DNA of 64,000 nt from Trypanosoma brucei (lineage: Eukaryota), in the NCBI GenBank assembly GCA_000002445.1, contig CH464491.1, positions 96,001 through 160,000 of the forward strand. The letters are read 5' to 3'. The translations under genes were made by a program, and so were the position numbers. Positions 34,060 through 45,561 of the stretch are shown here, one piece after another. How positions within the stretch are numbered: the stretch's first letter is position 1; each line of letters begins with the position of its first letter. Below the pieces are notes generated by a model, which was not told the DNA's origin, searched no databases, and saw only the letters and a program-made list of their open reading frames with translations.

Positions 34060-37000
34060 ATAGTTATATAACTCTTCCTATTAGTTTGTTTGTATTGTTT
34101 ATTTCGACACTCCACTCCAAGTTTCAACCCTCGTTACACCGCTTATGGATTATCAAATAGCAGTAAAGATGAAAATGTGGATAAAACAAAACAATAATAA
34201 TAATAGAAAATAATAATGAGATTATAATAAAGGATGGGGAATTTTTTTTTACTTTAGATATGATGGACATTGTGCCAAACAGAGTGTCAGAGAAGAATTC
34301 AAGTGATGTTGTTGGCGAGGCAAATCATTAAAATAAGTGTTGAGGCAAATTCGCATAGAAAAAGAGGAGTTTAGGTTTGAAATGTTTTATTATGCAAATT
34401 ACGCACCACGCATGCGCATATCATCCCCAGCATGTTGATTTCTTTTCTTCTTTCCCATGTGATTTGTCTCATTCCACTTCTTCTGCCACTGCCATTCCGT
34501 TTTGTTTGGTGTTTTTTTTTTCATTTCCTTTTTTAAAAAAAAGAAAACCACTTGTGTCAGTGTGTATAAGTGTGCGCTTATGTGCAAATATACATTAAAT
34601 ACATTATATATATGTATATATATGTATAGGTATGTATATATGTATGTATACGTCATGTGGATTTTGCACGTATGTGATATAGCTGAAACATGTTACATGA
34701 ATCAGAGTATATTCAAATATCACACATATGCTCAACATCACACAACAGACACACACACATATGCGCAAACACACAATGACAAAAAAGAAAAAAAAGACAT
34801 ATACACATATACATATATACTCATTTATATATATGTATATATATATATATATGCGGACAAAAGTTAAAAGAGCAAAGAAACAACAACAAACAAAAAAAAA
34901 CAAAAGTAAGACACATTTATGTCGAAGTATACGGTAACTCATTCCGCACGTCCATGGAAAACATTTTGCAACGGCAAGAGTTAAAAATCCTCGAGACACT
35001 GCTCGTAGAACTCCTTTCATAACTCTCAACCCCTTCGTCATCTCTTCTCCGCATTTAAAACCATTGTGTTGCGAAAAGTAACTGATTAAAAGCAGGGGAC
35101 AAAACAAAAACAAAATCAAAAAAAAACAAACACAAGCTCACGCGTAAGCGCAAAAAAAAAAAAAAAAGACGCTAATATCATACGTCACTCCTTACCTTTG
35201 CTTAGTCCGTGTGTGGACGTTCGTCCCTCCGCTCGTTCTCAAGGCCGCTCAACTTATAATAGTAGCGAAAAAGAAAAATACTTTTAAAAAAAAAAGGCAG
35301 CAAAAAAATGAAAAATAGAGAAATAAAAAAAGAAAACAAGCTCCTTCCTCCTTTTAATCAATCCTTCCGCTGTTGGACCCTAATGAAAAATCGGGCAAAT
35401 GCATATAATAATATAGTGGTAATATATATGTAAATAAATATGAATGTATATATATATATATATATATCATCAGCCTCTACACGGTTACAAAGGAATTAAG
35501 ACTGAGGGAAAAGCCCCCCCAAAAAAAAAAAAGAAACAAATCGAAGCAAAACAAAGCAAAGCGGAAGGTATTTATTTATATTATTAATATTTATATGTAG
35601 CACCAGTATCTGGAGGAGAGGAGGAGGAGGAGGAGAGGAAGAAGAAAAAACAACGTTTCAGCGCCTCCAACAAACCTCCCCCGCAACACAAAACAAAAAA
35701 AACAAAACAAAACAAAAATGAAAGGAAATGAAATGAAAAGAAAAGAAAATGAGGGATAGAGCAAATACAAGACAGCAACAACAACACAGAATTGAGAGAA
35801 ACAGGAAATAAAATAAAAAAGGGGGGAAAATATATTTACAAAAAGAAAAAAAGCAAGAACCCAATCGAGACAAAGACGGTCTCAAACACATCAGTTTATT
35901 ATTAATAAAAATATTCTTCATATCGTCTCCCACTGTTAATATTTAGTTATGTTTGTTTGTTATATTTCCTCAACTTAACCCTTCACGCATACTCTCCTTT
36001 TTCGTCTTTCTTTTTGTTTACTTTCTTTTTTTTTTCTTCTTTCCTTCGTTTCACGAAAACGTATTTTTCCCGTTTCTCTTTCTTTTATTTTTAATATATT
36101 TTTGTCCCCTTTCTCTCTTCTCTAATCCCTCTTTCCTCACGCATACGCGGACGAAAACAAAAAAAAATTAAAAAGGAAAAAAAAGAAAAAAGAAAAAAGA
36201 AAAAGAAACAAATTGGTCACTCTTTTTTTATTTATTTATTTATTTACTTTAGGAACTGCCGCTTCCTCCCTCTTTTGCCTCCATATCCTCTCTCCCGCAA
36301 ATACGCAAAAACATACACGTCTAAATAATATTCAAAACGGAGCGTTGCCTCATTTATTTATTTATTTAAAAATCACTTCACCGTTTGTTCTCTTCATCTT
36401 CTCTGCTTCTATTCACACTATTTGTTCCCTGATATTATTCTCTCACTGCTTTACTCCTCTTTCACTTCTTTTTATTTCCGATTAAATTCCAAACACCATC
36501 ATCATTATTTTCCCTTTTTATTATTTTTTTTTCCTTTTTTTATTTTACTTTTTTTTTAATTTTACGGAAATATAAAGAAAAAGAAGAAAAGGAGGGTAAA
36601 AGAAAGTAGCGACGGTATGACCCATTTAACTAAAAAAAATTTTCCCGTCCTCCTCCTCCTCCCCTGTTTTATTATTTTTTAAAAAAAAAAAAGAATCCAT
36701 TATATTATTGCGGCATCCGCCACACATGCGTAACACCCTCAATTAACAGAAGAGGGGAGGGGGGAAAAAAAAAAAAGAAAAGAAAAAAAAACGAAAACAA
36801 AAAAATTAAACCTACGTAAAGAAAAAAAAAATGAGAATACAAAGAAAAAAAAAGCAAAGCAAAAGCATAAACTGTCAAAAGCAGCAGTAAAACGAAAAGT
36901 AAAAAAAGAAAAAAGAAAAACAACCCCGTACCCGCCAACAGAAACCCCCCCCTTCTGCCCACAGGAAAAAAAAAGCATATAAATCGTGAACTTAAAAAAA

Positions 37001-37923
37001 AGAAAATCACCACACATTCATAAAAAAAAAAAAGATATAAAGAAAAAGAAAAGAAAAACAAATGCTTACAAACAATATAAGAGAAAACAAACAAAAAAAA
37101 GAGAGTTTACAACCGTCGCAAAACGCACAGGTTCTTCTTCTTCAGTTTTCAACCTTTCTTTTCTTTAAAAACATCAAACAATAATAATAATAATAACAGT
37201 AATAGTAATAGTAATAATCAATAATCAATAATCAATGATAGTTATAGCTATATTTATACTTATATATATTTATATCGGTGGTAACAGCAGCAGCAGCAGT
37301 AATAGTAATAGTAATAATAATAATAACAATAATAATCACACAATAAAGGCAACACAAAATAGAAGAGACGTTAAAAATTAAAAAGTGCCGCATGGGAGGA
37401 AAATATTTTGAAAAAAAAGAAAAAGATATATCCGCGTTCATACGTCACGGCCACTTTTAAAAAAGTTGCAGCAACCCGCCACAGTGCGTGTAAAACTTTG
37501 CGGTCCTCCAACAACGTCCACCACACTGAAAAAAAAAAAACAATCAAGGAAATAAACAATGTGGAAACGAACAAGGAGAAGATGGAAAAAGAAAAAAAGA
37601 GTGGGGGTATATATCGTAAAGGATTGAGCAACAACAAAACGGGAAAAAAAAAAGAAAAAAAGAAAAAGAAAAAAAAAAGATGACCGACATGAATCAGTGG
37701 GGCGATAATTCTTGGTGGCAAACCTGTGTACAAACAAGAAACAAAAAGAAGAAACCCCAATTTCCTTTTTCCCCCTTTCCTAATCTTTTCCCCAACCTCA
37801 TCCTTTACTTCTTTCCATCATTTCCCTCTTTCCTCCTCCTCTTCTTCCTTTCCACACACCACCCCCATACAATTCTACTTCCCAATAGCTGCTGTCACAC
37901 ACACAAATACACATTTCATAATG

Positions 37924-38541
37924 TTAATTCTGCTGCTGCTGCTGCTGCTGTGCGAGAAACATCTGCCGCTGGAAGATATTTTGCATAGCAGCCTGCTGTT
38001 GCATTGTAAACATCATGGCGGATGCACTCATGGCCTTGTAGCTTTCCATAGCCGCCTCCGCATTGGCAAATGCCACCTTTAATCGTTTCCCTGCAATGGG
38101 GTATCCATTCAACCATTGCACAGCATATGTGGCGCTAAAGAAATACATATACTTCACAAAACCATAACCTCGACTCTCTCTTGTAACCTTGTCGTAAATA
38201 ATCTTCACGCTCTCAATGGGACCGAATTGCGCAAACAGTTGGAAAAGCCGGTCCTCGTCCATCATGGGAGGCAAATAATTGACAATAAGGTTTCGCAACG
38301 GTTCCGGTTCCATCGAAAATGAGGGTCTCGGGGCGGCGAATGGAGCTGCCCTCGGAGTTAAACCTCCACTGAGATGTTGTTTCGACCCTTCAGGCGCCTC
38401 GGCTTCATTTGATGGAAGTTGAGGTGCTGATGTCATCGGTGGCGGCATTTGCGTGGAAATAAAAGGAGATGATGTGGATGCGGGCGCTGCCTCCCCTACT
38501 GGGAAGCTTTCACACTCCGGTTCCATTTGTATTGGTAACAC
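37924..38541 (-). CDS. RBP3: Single-RRM RNA-binding protein RBP3 (third UBP-family paralog in the cluster)
   Basis: 205 aa. RRM 'LRNLIVNYLPPMMDEDRLFQLFAQFGPIESVKIIYDKVTRESRGYGFVKYMYFFSATYAVQWLNGYPIAGKRLKVAFANAEA' is clearly homologous to the UBP1/2 RRM but diverged at the DNA level. C-terminal polyQ. Confidence 0.75.
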   Translation of the reverse strand: MLPIQMEPECESFPVGEAAPASTSSPFISTQMPPPMTSAPQLPSNEAEAPEGSKQHLSGGLTPRAAPFAAPRPSFSMEPEPLRNLIVNYLPPMMDEDRLFQLFAQFGPIESVKIIYDKVTRESRGYGFVKYMYFFSATYAVQWLNGYPIAGKRLKVAFANAEAAMESYKAMSASAMMFTMQQQAAMQNIFQRQMFLAQQQQQQQN

Positions 38542-39444
38542 TACTTGCGCAATAAATATTTATCTCTTTTACTTATTTTATTTTATTTTTGTTCTAGTTG
38601 CTTAGCTTAAAAATAATAATAATAATCACAGCGAGAAGAGAGAGCAAATTAAAATAAAGAAATAGCGATAAAAAGAAATAAATGAAGAAAGGGAACAGAC
38701 AGGGTGACGCAAAGATATGTTATTAGCATTACCGCTAGTCTCTACGGTCTGCCACCTGCGCGTACATATATATATATATATATTGGATGTGCTTGTGAAA
38801 ACATATAAACACTTAAGTGTGAAGAAACTCAGGCATGTGTGACGGGGGAAAAAAAAACATAACAGCAAAGCTATAAAACAAATATGCATCACATAGCGAA
38901 TAGCAGCGAGCGTACGAGCAAGAGCTACATGCAAAACGGAAAAATAAAATCAAGCTTCTCGAACGCTTCGACAAAGCAAATGGTGTGAAATACAAAACAA
39001 ACCAAACTAGACTTGACTACATGTCTCGAAAGAAAGTAACACGAACAGTGCCACGCCAATAGTCAAATGCACATTGTGATGATAAATAAACAGTTATTGG
39101 CCCATTCCAGCACATTCACGTTATAAAAATGGAAATGTAAAGGAGAGCACACACGTAATTTTCTCTAAAATTCACTACCGTTCGCCTGTTCAACAAAACA
39201 TCTTTCCAACTCTCTTTCATTTTCCCCCTCGTTCTTTGATGTTCCATTTACTCCTATATTCTACTCCCTGCACGCATGCATTATCGTTTATCCACAACCA
39301 CCACAACTAACATTTTTATCCACAACCATACACCTCAGGTATGAAATCATACTAAAGAACTCACGGCAACTTTCCCTCTTCTTTTTTTTTTTGTGAAGTG
39401 CCACGCCCCTATGAAGACGTCATGCACCTCTTCCAAATCATTTC

Positions 39445-41466
39445 TCACACCTCCGCCCCTGCCTCGAGAGTATCCGATTGCTGCTCTCTGACACTTTGAG
39501 GTAAAGGCAGTCCCACAAGTTGGCAGAAAAGAGGATGCATCCGAACTTCATCAAAACTTCCCTGCGCTACGGCGCGACCCCTCTCCAAGACAACAATGTG
39601 ATCAGCCTTACGTATCATACTAAGTTTATGGGCAAACATAAGTACTGTTCGCTTCTCACTCCCCTTCTTCGCATCCTCAATGAGCCGACTGACGGCTTCA
39701 TGCACCACAATCTCCGACTCACTGTCAAGTGCAGATGTGGCTTCATCAAGGATTAAAATGCCGGGAGAACGCATCAAAGCCCGTGCAATGGCAATGCGTT
39801 GCTTTTGACCACCAGAAAGTGACCGTCCACCCTCGCCAACATAAGTATTGTAACCTTCAGGTAAGGCGGTGACAAACTGGTGGGCATTAGCTTTCGTCGC
39901 GCTCTCAACAACAGATGAATACAGCCACCGATCAACCGCATCATCCCAGTCGTGTCCCTCAGCCCCATATGCAATATTCTGCGCAATTGTCCCCCCAAAT
40001 AATACCGGCTCCTGTCCAACATACCCAACCTTGCTCCGTAACCAGTGGGTGTCAATACTCTTAAGGTCCGTTCCATCCAGAGTTATTGTTCCGTCTGAGT
40101 GTTCGTACAACTTCATCAAAAGCATTGCCAATGAGCTTTTACCAGAACCACTACTCCCCACAATACAGGTACATCGCGAGGGTTTTATCTCTAGGCTGAG
40201 TTTCTCGTACACTGCAACCTCGGGACGTGTCGGATAGGCGAAAGAAACATCAGTTAATTTAATGTTCCAGTGGCACTCAAGAGGAACCATACCTTTCGTT
40301 TGTTCTTGTAACTTTTGTATTTCGTCCGCAGTATCAAGTATGTCATACACTCGTATGCTTGCACCAAATCCTTTGTTGATTTCAGTTGCCAAGTTGGTAA
40401 GACCCATAAGTCCCAGGCCGCAGTAAACCGTGTACAATACAAATGAGAAAAGGACACCGGACGATATCTGGTTCGCAGCCACAAGCATAGACCCCGCCCA
40501 TATGATGCAATACAGCGCACCATACCCCACAAACTGGATCGAACTAACATATGAAGCATTGAAAAACAACATACGCTTGCTTATCTGGAAGACTACATCG
40601 ACCTTCTTTTCGTACCACTTCGATTCTTTAGATTCCATAGCAAAGGCCTTTACAGTGCGGATGTTATTTAGTCGCTCACTTGCGACGCTTCCACTAACGG
40701 CGAGGGCGTCCTGCATTTGGCGCTGCAGTTTGCGAACAAATTTTCCATAAACCCCAGCAAATACGGCCAAAGGGGGGATCATGCCACACACCACACATGT
40801 TAAAGTGGGTGAATAATAGAGCATAATACCAATGCTCCCAAACGTTTGCAGGATGTTCTTACTTCCTTGAGTCACCGCGTCCGTAAGGGACGCGCCAATA
40901 AGGTTACAATCCATGGAAAGGCGTTGTGCAAGTGAGCCAGCGCTGTTTTCTGCCACATCAAAGAATGCTGCCGGTTGTCTAAAAATGGCACGATAGAGTT
41001 GACCGCGCAGACGGGCAATTACACGCTCGCCCGTATAGCCAATACAAGCCAGCCTGGCAAAGTTGGCAACACCGGCAAGTGTAAACCAGCCAAGCAACTG
41101 CATGGATGTCCCCAACGGTAGCTCCCCGTTTCCTGCAAAATCGATAAGTTTCCCAAAAGTCGCCGGGATTGCGAGAGTGGCCAAACTGTAAAACCCAACG
41201 CCAACCACCGCAGCCCCAATGAGTACCGCCTCCTGCCGCACTGTCCGAAGGTACCGCCAAAACGAACCTTTTCGTGTCGACGGCTCCACAACGTAAAGTG
41301 GCGAGAAGCTCCTGCTTGGTCGTTGTGTTGGTGATGCCTCACCGTAATGGTTACGCTGGCGAACACTCGAGGCAAAGCGCTTAACACTAAGCAAAGTTTC
41401 AGGATGATGTGGGTACCACAACAAATGAGCGTGGCGGACCATTTTAGTTATACAACGTGCTGTCAT
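39445..41466 (-). CDS. ABCB-type half-transporter (TMD-NBD), mitochondrial-type
   Basis: Walker A 'GSSGSGKSS', ABC signature 'LSGGQKQRIAIARAL', Walker B 'ILILDEATSALD', six TM segments N-terminal. The ORF track starts at 41535, but the first 23 codons look like UTR read-through. Start placed at ATG 41464-41466 (MTARCITKMVRH...); an alternative ATG ends at 41442. N-terminus is presequence-like. Confidence 0.8.
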   Translation of the reverse strand: MTARCITKMVRHAHLLWYPHHPETLLSVKRFASSVRQRNHYGEASPTQRPSRSFSPLYVVEPSTRKGSFWRYLRTVRQEAVLIGAAVVGVGFYSLATLAIPATFGKLIDFAGNGELPLGTSMQLLGWFTLAGVANFARLACIGYTGERVIARLRGQLYRAIFRQPAAFFDVAENSAGSLAQRLSMDCNLIGASLTDAVTQGSKNILQTFGSIGIMLYYSPTLTCVVCGMIPPLAVFAGVYGKFVRKLQRQMQDALAVSGSVASERLNNIRTVKAFAMESKESKWYEKKVDVVFQISKRMLFFNASYVSSIQFVGYGALYCIIWAGSMLVAANQISSGVLFSFVLYTVYCGLGLMGLTNLATEINKGFGASIRVYDILDTADEIQKLQEQTKGMVPLECHWNIKLTDVSFAYPTRPEVAVYEKLSLEIKPSRCTCIVGSSGSGKSSLAMLLMKLYEHSDGTITLDGTDLKSIDTHWLRSKVGYVGQEPVLFGGTIAQNIAYGAEGHDWDDAVDRWLYSSVVESATKANAHQFVTALPEGYNTYVGEGGRSLSGGQKQRIAIARALMRSPGILILDEATSALDSESEIVVHEAVSRLIEDAKKGSEKRTVLMFAHKLSMIRKADHIVVLERGRAVAQGSFDEVRMHPLFCQLVGLPLPQSVREQQSDTLEAGAEV

Positions 41467-42765
41467 GTGCCGAAGCAAGAAGAAAAGAAAGAAGAAACGG
41501 AGAACGATAAGTATATACATGTGGCATAGTCTCAAGCATATAGAGATCTAGGAACAGGCGCTCATTTGAGCACTCTCCCGCGGAAATACATCCTTGATGC
41601 AAAAGGTCATACACCGCAGGGGACACATATCACAATTTGGCCAACTTCGTATGTTGTTGTTGTTGTTTTTGTTGCCGATCTTCTTCCAGCGAGGTAAGAG
41701 GAAAGAAAGTCCCTCACCTCACCTTCCTCCGCGCAGGGGCAGTATTTAAAATGAGAGTATTTGGCCGGCAAAGTAACCTTTTTCCTTACTTGCTTGTGTG
41801 TTTTCTTCTCTTCTGTCCTCTTCCTCATTTCCTCTTCACGCGTATCATTTTTTTTTCATTTCATTTCCTCTCTTCACGTGGCTAAGAGGAACAGAATATG
41901 TATATGCATATCCCCCACTTCATTCCTTTCCGTCCCTGCTTCTCCCTTGTGATCCTCTCTTTCATTTCTTTCAGCTCCCGCTGTGCCTTCCTAAGTATTT
42001 CTCCTCATTTCTACGTATTATGAAAGACTTTAAAAAAAAAAAAAAGACGCCGCACGCTTCTCCCATCCCTCCCCTCTTCGGGTTTCCCCTCTTCTTTATT
42101 CCCTTCCTCTCTTATTCGTTTCTCTTCTTCTCTCTTTTAATGCCGTTGGGGGTAAATGCAAATATGACACACGGGTAGCTCTTGCTTTGTAGTTGTTGTT
42201 GTTGTTTTCCCCATTGCCTGGTCACTCCACAAGTGGCGGCAAACCACCGACACGAAAAAAAAAGAGAAATTTTTTTTTTTTTAAAAAAGGAAACACGTAG
42301 GTAGGGAGCAGAGCAGTATTCTTTACTAGTGTTTGTTTTCCACAAATATATTCAAGAAGACGAAGAGAAAAAAAGGAGGAGTAATGACTGCTATAGTGGT
42401 GATGATAAAAATAACAAACCTTTTTCTCCTACCCACTTTTTTAAAAAAAATTTTCCCATCCCTTCGAATTTATATTCCGCATTCCTTTTGCCTTAATTGT
42501 CTGCCGTTGTTTTAAACTGTTTATTGTTTGTTTGTTTGCATTCGCCACAGGAAGGAAAAAGTAGGGAGACACATGAAGAAATGGAAAGAGAAAAGAAAAG
42601 AAAAGAGCACCAGCGATGCGAAGACAAACAAACAAAGGCGAGAAGAAACTAAAGAGAAAAAAAGATATAAAGATATAAAAAAACAAATAAATGAATTAAG
42701 TGGATCGGACAATCCAACGGCAAATAAAAAAACACGCACACACAAACACACACACACATATATAT

Positions 42766-42802
42766 AAACAAACAAACAAACAAACAAACAAACAAACAAA
42801 CA
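42766..42802. repeat. (CAAA)n tetranucleotide microsatellite, about 9 units
   Basis: 'aaacaaacaaacaaacaaacaaacaaacaaacaaaca'. Confidence 0.9.
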
Positions 42803-44115
42803 CAAAAAAATGAGGGTGCTTAACAAGAACAGAAGAAGTGGTGGACAAAATTAGAGAAAAAAAGTGGGAGCTCCCCTAACCAAGAGACTTACCATCTACT
42901 CTTCATTCATACGCAGTTCACGGCGAGGACACCGCAGCGCGGTAAGAGGTTGCCAACCAAAGACCCACGGACTAAGAATAGGTTTGAGAATCATACGGGT
43001 GGCAACAGCATTGAACAAGAAAAAAAAAATTTCATAAAGTCATGGCGGAGGGGGGGAATGGGGAGGGAGGACGACAACGGAGGAAAAATGCACACACAGA
43101 CATATACATACTTACAAGTGAGGGGAAAAGTTTGAAAAAAAAAGCCTAAAGCCATAGTAAATGGTGAAGATAAAGGAAGTCAAGAAAAAATGATAAGTGA
43201 TCAATTAAAGATGAGGCACTACAAGGAATTACGCAGCACGTAACACAAAATGTTATCAAACAGCTACATTTACTCTTCCCTCCACAACCTTTTTCCCACA
43301 TCCTTTTCCCCTCAACACGCACCCTCCTCCCCCGCCACCACCCCAAACCTCTTCTCGCTGCCCTCTATCCACCGCAACGGTCAAATCGTGAAAACTAAAG
43401 GTAAATGTTTGGCCTCATCCCGCACGCTTACAGGTAGTTCCTTTCCACAACATGAACCCGCCAAGAGGAATGCTGACTTGTGATAATCAAGTAGGAGGGT
43501 TAATAATTTGATCCACTTCCCTCTACATAAAAACACACACACACAGCCACAACAATTATCCTCTATTCCGCAGCTTGCAGTCCCCCACGTTCCACCTTTT
43601 TTTTTCTCTTTCTTCCTCTCCTTACTTCCTCATCCCCTCATCTTTGGTTCTACCCCGAACCCCTCCGTCCATACGCCGACTTCAAGTAGCCGATTTCTTC
43701 CCGCTATTTTCTTTTAATCCTTAATTACTTTCCTTCCCCCACGCTAACTCCACCTCCCTTCTTTTACACCTTTCTTCCTTTATTTTATTTGCATATTGAC
43801 ATCCTGTTCATTTGCCCTCACCCTCTCTTTTTTTTTTCCTTTTCTTTGTTCTCAGCATTTATCCTGTGAACGTTTTTTTTTGTCCAAATCGGCTTCCATT
43901 CGCACTCGTATTTCCTTTTTTGTCGCTCTCCCCCTTCCCCTTTGTTCCACACGCCTACGAACATGTGAACATGCACACAAACATCCTCTTCTCCTTCTCA
44001 ATCCTTACATCTCCCCTTCTTAGTACATACGCCAAGCCACCGCACAAACTACCCCAAACCACCCACACATATTTCCCTAAGCGGTTATTTCGCAACTCCG
44101 CACCGGACGCCTTTA

Positions 44116-44961
44116 TTAGTTGTAGCGGCCGTTGTAACGTCCCCGGCCCCCACGGCCACGGCGAGGTCCGCGCATGTTTCCAACCATCTCACTTCCAAAT
44201 GTTTCGGCATCCGTTCGCTTCATCCCCTCACGGTCCAGTGGAGGCGCGCGGTCCTGCTGATCACAAGAAATCTTATCGAAGAAGTTGCTGCGGTCATACG
44301 CCTTGCTATGGTTCTTTGCATCCTCCTTAGCCTTTTCAAACTCGCTCTTCTTCTTTTCAAACTCTTCACGGCTTTTGATGAAATCGAAGTCGTCTTTAAA
44401 CTCCTCCTTGGCTGTGCCGGTGGCGGGATGGAAATCGCGGCCAGTGTGTGAGTCAACCCGTCGACCACTCCGGTACCCACCGCGGCCACCTCGCCTGTAG
44501 CCTCCGGAGTACATGTGCTGTTGTTTCTGGTGATGACCGGGTCCCATCGATGCGCCGCCGTGACGTTGTGGGCTCTGTGGCATCCTCATGTTGTTGTTAT
44601 TGTTGGAGTGGGCGTTGTTGTTGTTATTACCGCTGCTGGTGTTATTGTTATTGTTATTATTCCTTGCGGGAAGCGCAGTAACAACGGCAGGGTCCATCAT
44701 GGCGTTATGAGATTCCTCAAATACCGTCAGCTCCTCGATATCAGATCCACGGAATACAATCTGGTCAAAAAGCTGCTCAGCTGCGGGAACCTCAACTTGG
44801 CCCTTTTCCTTTGCACGACCTTCTGTACCGAAGACACGAACATTTGTCAAACTGACGGTATTCTTTGAGGCATCAATGTGACCCAAGGTACCCTCATAAC
44901 GAATCTGACTGTTCGTGATGAGGGTAATCGTACTTCCTATAGCACGTGTCGCAGCCATCAC
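44116..44961 (-). CDS. SCD6: SCD6/LSm14 (RAP55) family protein: LSm domain, poly-Asn tract, RGG repeats, FDF motif
   Basis: N-terminal LSm14 domain 'IGSTITLITNSQIRYEGTLGHIDASKNTVSLTNVRVFGTEGR'. RGG box 'GGYRRGGRGGYRSGRR'. FDF motif 'DFDFIKSREEF'. C-terminal 'RGPRRGRGGRGR'. Confidence 0.85.
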   Translation of the reverse strand: MMAATRAIGSTITLITNSQIRYEGTLGHIDASKNTVSLTNVRVFGTEGRAKEKGQVEVPAAEQLFDQIVFRGSDIEELTVFEESHNAMMDPAVVTALPARNNNNNNNTSSGNNNNNAHSNNNNNMRMPQSPQRHGGASMGPGHHQKQQHMYSGGYRRGGRGGYRSGRRVDSHTGRDFHPATGTAKEEFKDDFDFIKSREEFEKKKSEFEKAKEDAKNHSKAYDRSNFFDKISCDQQDRAPPLDREGMKRTDAETFGSEMVGNMRGPRRGRGGRGRYNGRYN

Positions 44962-45561
44962 GTCTGTCTGTCCTTTTATTTACTGATTGGTCAATAAAAT
45001 GGTGATGCAACTTACCGAACAAGACAAAATAAAAGGAAAAGTAGGTTCCCTTCACTTATATTATTATCAACTTTCAACACCCAGGTCTCCTCAATTGCTC
45101 TCTCTTCTTAACTTCTATAGTCTTCCGCTTGCAAAACGGTGCAAGTTTTAACTAATATTTCCCTTATACAATGCGCTTTCGAAATCTTCCAAGTAGAAGG
45201 TGGACGAAAAACAAAAATTGGCAGAGAAAACGTAGTGAATTTAAGATGCAGGTCAAACCGTGACAACACCATTTACGCGGCTAAGTCGGTCAAGCTTCTC
45301 ATTGCTCCGTAAGGCTGATGTAAATATGAATGCACGAACACGGTCACAAATATATATATATATGTATTTTTTACATGTACGCGCCCCTGTGCACAGCATC
45401 TTTAGGCCACAAGATTATTAAGTACAGTTGCAAGGCACATACCGGGTGGCACACACACAAAGCGTTCATGGTCACAAAGAAAGAGAAAGGGGAACTTACA
45501 CACTTAAGGAAAAATGACCCATGTCTTCTTCCAAAATATTCTACTATTGTGGATATGTTTG

